From Pseudomonadota bacterium (lineage in GTDB: Bacteria > Bdellovibrionota_B > Oligoflexia > Silvanigrellales > Silvanigrellaceae): a DNA stretch of 64,000 nt. The DNA lies in contig JBDLRP010000042.1 of the NCBI GenBank assembly GCA_039799905.1, forward strand, positions 1 to 64,000, in the 5' to 3' direction. Made by a program: the position numbers and the translations under genes. The notes under the pieces are model-generated. The model saw only the letters and a list, made by a program, of their open reading frames with translations, was not told where the DNA came from and made no database searches. Below, piece by piece: positions 59,130-64,000 of the stretch (position 1 is the first letter of the stretch; each line of letters opens with the position of its first letter).

Positions 59130-60719
59130 TCAGTTCTTCCGAGTACCTTCAGTAATGGCAAGACCAGACATTGCCGGCAGGGTGGTCTCAACGAAGCCGC
59201 CCCTAACCTCGACCAACTGGCCTTTACAGCCAAACATGCTTGGCGAAGTACGCCGGCGAGCGGAGACCATGTCACAATATGTGCCATCAGCCATTGAAGT
59301 CGGCACACGAATCGACACCGGTTTGGGTTCAATGTTCAGAGCGAACCAGCCCTTCGTTTCGCGAGAGAATGCAATTTGTCCGCCCTGCTGTGAGTTCCAC
59401 CAGTCAGAAACTCCGGCTGCTCCCACTTCATTTCTGAACTTCACGAGAGCCAAGACATCTGATTCACGGTGCTCGCACAACCAACCACTTTTACCGCAGC
59501 GCGTTGTTCCGTCTTCAGCCCACACTGGCAACGTGTCGCCGCTCGAAGTGACAGGCGGGCCTTCATAGTCATACTGAAACTGATAGCCGCTCATGAGAGC
59601 AACCGTTCCGTAGTTGAACGCGAGAAGGAACATATTCGCAAGCGTATGCAGCGAACCGTCGCGGTAGGTCAGCACCCATCCGCCGCCACCATGGCCACGC
59701 TGGTTGTCGTGGTTGTCTGTGAACACAATAGCTTTCTCGGGCGGCAGAAAACCCCAGCCCTCGCCCATTGAAGAAAGCGGCGAGAGGTTGCCACGCCGAA
59801 AGAGATTTCCGAGAGTCAGGCCGACGCGGAATTCCGTAACCGAACCGTTGTCAATGTATTCACGTGACGAAATTGGCTCGCCACCCTGGTCGATCACTTC
59901 CTGAAAAATGAACGAGGACTTGCTTAACTTCGAGACAATCGCGCCAATGTCGGAAGCGGCCATGTGCTTGGCAGCGTCAATTCGAAAACCACGCACACCA
60001 ATGCGAATTTGCTCGTTGAGAAAATCAGCTATCGTGCGGCGCACAGGCTCGGCGCCCGTGTTGAGGTCAGCCAGTCCGAGAAGCTCGCAGTTCTGAACTT
60101 CCCAACGGTCTTGGTAGTTGCGGATGACGTTGTCGGAGTGACGGCCACAATGATGGAAGTCAGCAAATGAGAAGAGACCGGGGTAGCTGTAACGCTGGTA
60201 TTGAGAACCTGCGGAACCAGCTTCAGATTGGTTGTAGGGAAGAGTCTGCGCCATGTGGTTGATGACAGCATCTGAAATGACAATAACACCAGCTGCGTTG
60301 CAGCGACGCACCATATTCTCGAATTCAGCGCGCGTGCCGCTGCGGCTTTCGAGTTTGTAGCTGACCGGCTGATACCTCTGAAACCAAGGGCCGTTCGGCA
60401 TCAGTCGGTGCTCTTGCGGCGGAGATATCTGCACAGCATCAATACCTGCCGGACCGAGCACGGATTCGCACTCGCGAGCCACGTCTTTCCACGTCCACTC
60501 AAACAGGTGAACGTAGGAGGAAACTTCAGGAATGGAGCGGATTCTTGTGAAGGAGGAGCGTTCGGTGGAGCGTTCGGTGGAGCGTTCGGTGGAGCGTTCG
60601 GTAGCGCGGGTTTGCGAGAGGCTGGAATCTGAATTTGATGCGGGACCACAACTTAGAAGCCACCAAGAACAGGCAGCAGCAAAGGCAATCGCTCGAATTG
60701 ACCAACATCTGCTCGTCAA
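59130..60719 (-). CDS. Alpha-amylase (GH13, animal-like/actinobacterial type), predicted lipoprotein
   Basis: HLFEW, RYQPVSY, DAVINH, GFRIDAAKH, QEVID and FTDNHDNQRGHG; LLS-C lipobox. Confidence 0.93.
   Translation of the reverse strand: MTSRCWSIRAIAFAAACSWWLLSCGPASNSDSSLSQTRATERSTERSTERSTERSSFTRIRSIPEVSSYVHLFEWTWKDVARECESVLGPAGIDAVQISPPQEHRLMPNGPWFQRYQPVSYKLESRSGTRAEFENMVRRCNAAGVIVISDAVINHMAQTLPYNQSEAGSAGSQYQRYSYPGLFSFADFHHCGRHSDNVIRNYQDRWEVQNCELLGLADLNTGAEPVRRTIADFLNEQIRIGVRGFRIDAAKHMAASDIGAIVSKLSKSSFIFQEVIDQGGEPISSREYIDNGSVTEFRVGLTLGNLFRRGNLSPLSSMGEGWGFLPPEKAIVFTDNHDNQRGHGGGGWVLTYRDGSLHTLANMFLLAFNYGTVALMSGYQFQYDYEGPPVTSSGDTLPVWAEDGTTRCGKSGWLCEHRESDVLALVKFRNEVGAAGVSDWWNSQQGGQIAFSRETKGWFALNIEPKPVSIRVPTSMADGTYCDMVSARRRTSPSMFGCKGQLVEVRGGFVETTLPAMSGLAITEGTRKN
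60555..60602. repeat. Perfect 12-bp tandem repeat x4
   Basis: GGAGCGTTCGGT x4, encoding (TERS)4 in the amylase linker. Confidence 0.95.
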
Positions 60720-60741
60720 AGTCTTCCCCTCGCTAAGTTTA

Positions 60742-60762
60742 CTAACAATTCCCTATTGTTAG
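60742..60762. promoter_or_regulatory. Palindromic operator candidate upstream of the amylase
   Basis: CTAACAAT-5-ATTGTTAG. Confidence 0.5.
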
Positions 60763-60864
60763 CGGTAATTCCACAAGTGTGAAGACGACACTAGATCAGT
60801 TTTGGACTGTCGGCCAGACTTAGATGATCAGAATTCACATAAAATTTATAAATAGCTGAAATGA

Positions 60865-61869
60865 TTAAGCATGATAGTGATCTAAAAAGCTTAAAAATGA
60901 GGCGGGAAATTGTATTTTCGCAATACCGTCGGTTGAGTCGAATTCCCAGTCGAATCGTTCCTTTGCGTTCCAAGTCCGCTGCCGACGAACGTATTGCCAT
61001 GTGAGAGTCGCAATTCTTGCTTTCAGCTCGCTGATCTGAGGCGCATCAGGCGCTTCGTTTTCAGCGAGAGCAGCAATGATTTCCCGATATCCGATGGCTT
61101 TTCCTGCCTGACTCAATGCGAATTCAGCACCAAATTGCTGCTGGAGATTTTTGACCTCGGACAGCCAGCCGGAGGCAAACATCGCGTCGATACGCGAAGC
61201 AATTCTGCGGCGAAGGACATCGTCGTCGCAGTCGACTCTGATAACGTAACTTGAACCGAGCAACTCCTGTTTGGCCAACGTTTGCGTTGACTGGAAGACA
61301 GACTCGGGAGCCACGCCCTCAGGCAGCTGAAAGACGATCTCCAAGGCGCGCTCGATGCGTGTTTTATCGTTAGGATGCAGCTGAGCTGCGCGCAGGGGTG
61401 CAAGAGTCTTCAACCAGCCATGGAGAGCCGGCCACCCCCAAGCCTGCGCCGAGGCTCGAAACATCTGTCGCAATGCATCATTGCGCTCCGGTAGCGGATC
61501 AAGACCGTGCAACACGGAACGCAAATACAAACCACTGCCCCCCACGCAGACCGGCAAGCGTCCGTTGTCGCTTATCTCGCGGCAGGCACCCCACACAAAC
61601 TCTGCGTACCGCGCCGCATCCATGCTACCCAAGGGCTCAAGAATATCGATTCCGCGATACCCATAGCTGCTGATTTCTTGCGAGGTCGGCTTGGCAACCC
61701 CGATGCTGACGCTGCGATAGAACTGAAAGGCATCAATATTGACGAGCTGACACGGTTTTTTAAGTTCGCTCTGCAGTTGCTCAAAAAGCTGGTGAGCCAA
61801 CGCTGTTTTTCCACTCGCGGTCGGTCCGATGACAAACACTGCCTGCGCGAACTTCTGTTCCACTCCCAT
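60865..61869 (-). CDS. miaA: tRNA dimethylallyltransferase
   Basis: GPTASGKT, D..Q.Y...IG.AKP, VGGSGLY, RI.RALE, AIGY and Y.RRQ.TW. Confidence 0.94.
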   Translation of the reverse strand: MGVEQKFAQAVFVIGPTASGKTALAHQLFEQLQSELKKPCQLVNIDAFQFYRSVSIGVAKPTSQEISSYGYRGIDILEPLGSMDAARYAEFVWGACREISDNGRLPVCVGGSGLYLRSVLHGLDPLPERNDALRQMFRASAQAWGWPALHGWLKTLAPLRAAQLHPNDKTRIERALEIVFQLPEGVAPESVFQSTQTLAKQELLGSSYVIRVDCDDDVLRRRIASRIDAMFASGWLSEVKNLQQQFGAEFALSQAGKAIGYREIIAALAENEAPDAPQISELKARIATLTWQYVRRQRTWNAKERFDWEFDSTDGIAKIQFPASFLSFLDHYHA

Positions 61870-61882
61870 GCTCCGCACCTTT

Positions 61883-63880
61883 TTAAATGCGTGAAAACCA
61901 CTGTGCGACATCGTGCGCAGTCCACCGTCGCCAGACAGGACGCCCATGCGGACAATGCGCAAAAAAATCGACATCAACGCCACGCAGAAGTAGACGCCTG
62001 ACCAGCTCGGCATTGAGCGGGTCACCACTGCGCACCGCCGTATGGCATGCCACAGTTGCCAAGTGCAGGTGGAAAATTTCGCGACGGGTCAGATTCGCTG
62101 GTCGTAAGCCTGCGTCCAACCACTCCTGTCCTAGCCGATGTGCGCGGCGGATAAGAGGATGAGCGTCGACAGACTGAAAGCCGCGCACAGCCAGTAGCCG
62201 TGCCAAAATATCGTCAAACAGCTCTGTCGCCTTTGCGGCATCGACCTGAGTGGGCAACGAGTGGAGTGCAACACTGCGCCCCGAAGGCAACACCTCAATC
62301 TCGAAACCCAGCTGCTCGAGTGTCTTTTCCTCATCCTGCAGAATTTCAGAAAGAGCCTGAGGGATGGGAAGGGTCAGGGGCGCGAGCAAGGACTGCCGCG
62401 CAAGACCATGCTCGCCTTCGATTTGCACGGCAAGCTCTTCAAACAAAATTCGCTCATGAAAGGCGTGCTGATCGACAACCAGTAAATCCTCGCCGGCCTG
62501 AAAAAGTAAAAAACAATTCTTGTACTGGCCAAGATACGACGCATCAAAGAGTGGGCTGTCATGCGGAGGGCGATTTTCAGACTCGCCGACCTGACGGGGA
62601 GCTGCTACCGATGACTGCGCAGATAGCATTGGCTCATCGACAAAAATCGGCGTGGAGCGGACGTTATTTTCGGGGCGCGGCAGAGATGAAAAATGACTGC
62701 CACCGCGCTGCGAGACAGGTGCTCCGGCAGGATTGTGTGCAGATACGGATGGCTGAAATGTGCTTGTCATTTTGGCCGGCGAAAAAAGCTCAGGTGCCTT
62801 TTGCTCCGCACCAGACCATTCGCCGCGCCGCGCATCTGCCGAGACCCTGACAATTGTTTCCGCGGTCGGCAAGGTGCTCAACATCGCGTTTTGAGTGCTC
62901 TGACGAAGATCGGATTGCAGAGCAATGGTCACAAGATCCTGAACCAAAGCGGAGTCAGTAAAGCGAATTTCGGTTTTGTTGGGATGAGCATTGACGTCAA
63001 GAATCTGCGGATCAACGCTGACAAACAAAACACACGCAGGCACAAGGCCCTTCATAGAAAGGCCCGTGTATCCCGACAACACTCCGTTGCGCACAATGCG
63101 ATCCTTGACCAACCGGCCGTTCACAAAAGTTATAAAGTAACGCGGTACGGGACGCGCCAAATCTGGCTTCTGGACGAATCCCTCCAGCGAGAAGGAGCCC
63201 TTCCGATAGGTGAGCGGGATAAATTCATCGGCTTCGCCCGCAAGTAAAGAACGAAAGCGTTCGGCAAGCGATTGCGCAGGTGCAACTTTGAAAACTTCGC
63301 GGCCATTATGGGTCAGACGAAGACCAACCTTGTGGTAGGCAAGTGCCATCGCCTGAACCAATTCCTGGATATGGGCAAACTCCGTGGCTGTTGAGCGTAG
63401 AAATTTGCGTCGCGCAGGTATCGTTCCAAACAGATCACGCACGATAATTTCAGTGCCGGCAGACATTCCGCATGGCTGTGCCCCACTCTGAATGCCATGC
63501 CGCACGTGAATTTCGGTTCCCACCGAATCGTCGCGCCGCCGGCTTCGCAAACAGAATTCAGAAACGGCGGCAATGCTCGGCAAAGCCTCACCGCGAAAAC
63601 CAAATGTAGAAAGATCAAGCAAGTCGTCTGCGCGAGAAATTTTCGAGGTCGCGTGCCGCTCCAGCGCCATGACTGCGTCTTCTGGGCTCATGCCGCAGCC
63701 ATCGTCTGAGATTCGAATCAACTGACGACCGCCGTCGATGAGCTCGATCTCGACCTCCTGCGCCTGAGCGTCCAGTGCATTTTCGAGCAATTCTTTCACG
63801 ACACTGACAGGCCTTTCGACGACTTCGCCAGCTTTGATTTGATTGATCACATGTTCGGGCAGCTTGTGCACCACTCTCAT
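61883..63880 (-). CDS. mutL: DNA mismatch repair endonuclease MutL
   Basis: I.AGEVVERP.SVVKEL.EN, GFRGEAL and DVN.HP.K.E; endonuclease motifs DQHAFHERILFE, ACH and CPHGRP. Confidence 0.97.
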   Translation of the reverse strand: MRVVHKLPEHVINQIKAGEVVERPVSVVKELLENALDAQAQEVEIELIDGGRQLIRISDDGCGMSPEDAVMALERHATSKISRADDLLDLSTFGFRGEALPSIAAVSEFCLRSRRRDDSVGTEIHVRHGIQSGAQPCGMSAGTEIIVRDLFGTIPARRKFLRSTATEFAHIQELVQAMALAYHKVGLRLTHNGREVFKVAPAQSLAERFRSLLAGEADEFIPLTYRKGSFSLEGFVQKPDLARPVPRYFITFVNGRLVKDRIVRNGVLSGYTGLSMKGLVPACVLFVSVDPQILDVNAHPNKTEIRFTDSALVQDLVTIALQSDLRQSTQNAMLSTLPTAETIVRVSADARRGEWSGAEQKAPELFSPAKMTSTFQPSVSAHNPAGAPVSQRGGSHFSSLPRPENNVRSTPIFVDEPMLSAQSSVAAPRQVGESENRPPHDSPLFDASYLGQYKNCFLLFQAGEDLLVVDQHAFHERILFEELAVQIEGEHGLARQSLLAPLTLPIPQALSEILQDEEKTLEQLGFEIEVLPSGRSVALHSLPTQVDAAKATELFDDILARLLAVRGFQSVDAHPLIRRAHRLGQEWLDAGLRPANLTRREIFHLHLATVACHTAVRSGDPLNAELVRRLLLRGVDVDFFAHCPHGRPVWRRWTAHDVAQWFSRI

Positions 63881-64000
63881 GACACTACCTCACCTTGCGG
63901 GACGCTCAGGCTTTGATAGCCTGTCGGAACAGGAAACTGAAGTACCCATGGAAGGAGTTCTCAGATATGTCGACGTCGAGCCTCAATTATTCAGACAAGC

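Noticed and set aside
60555..60602. CRISPR-like array
   Set aside because: Head-to-tail 12-mers without spacers, inside a CDS, and no cas genes.
63881..64000. Partial CDS upstream of mutL
   Set aside because: All three minus-strand frames stop within a few codons of the window edge, so nothing is callable.

Overview
Gene-dense bacterial chromosome segment with about 53 CDS and one tRNA-Val(CAC). It contains no rRNA, CRISPR array, transposase, integrase or phage genes. The gene content suggests a Bdellovibrionota/Oligoflexia-like organism (inference): a TIGR02147 protein, a myxobacterial-type Ser/Thr kinase, a DgcB-like FHA-GGDEF cyclase, a 7TM-DISM-PP2C phosphatase and many orphan lipoproteins. 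Housekeeping genes (mutM, hisIE, serA, nadD, nagZ, glpK, gltX, ppc, miaA, mutL) are interleaved with signalling and envelope genes. Best leads: (1) a eukaryote-type MRP/ABCC transporter split into two coupled half-genes; (2) a DgcB-like FHA-GGDEF cyclase carrying an N-terminal Thr motif, two genes from a membrane Ser/Thr kinase; (3) ppc bracketed by a perfect 19-bp direct repeat with no recombinase nearby; (4) a nitrite/sulfite-reductase half-domain fused to a long acidic linker; (5) three exported proteins with FlgT-like domains, two ending in beta-barrel-like regions; (6) a CDS whose stop codon lies inside tRNA-Val. All family calls come from motif recognition by eye; no searches were run.
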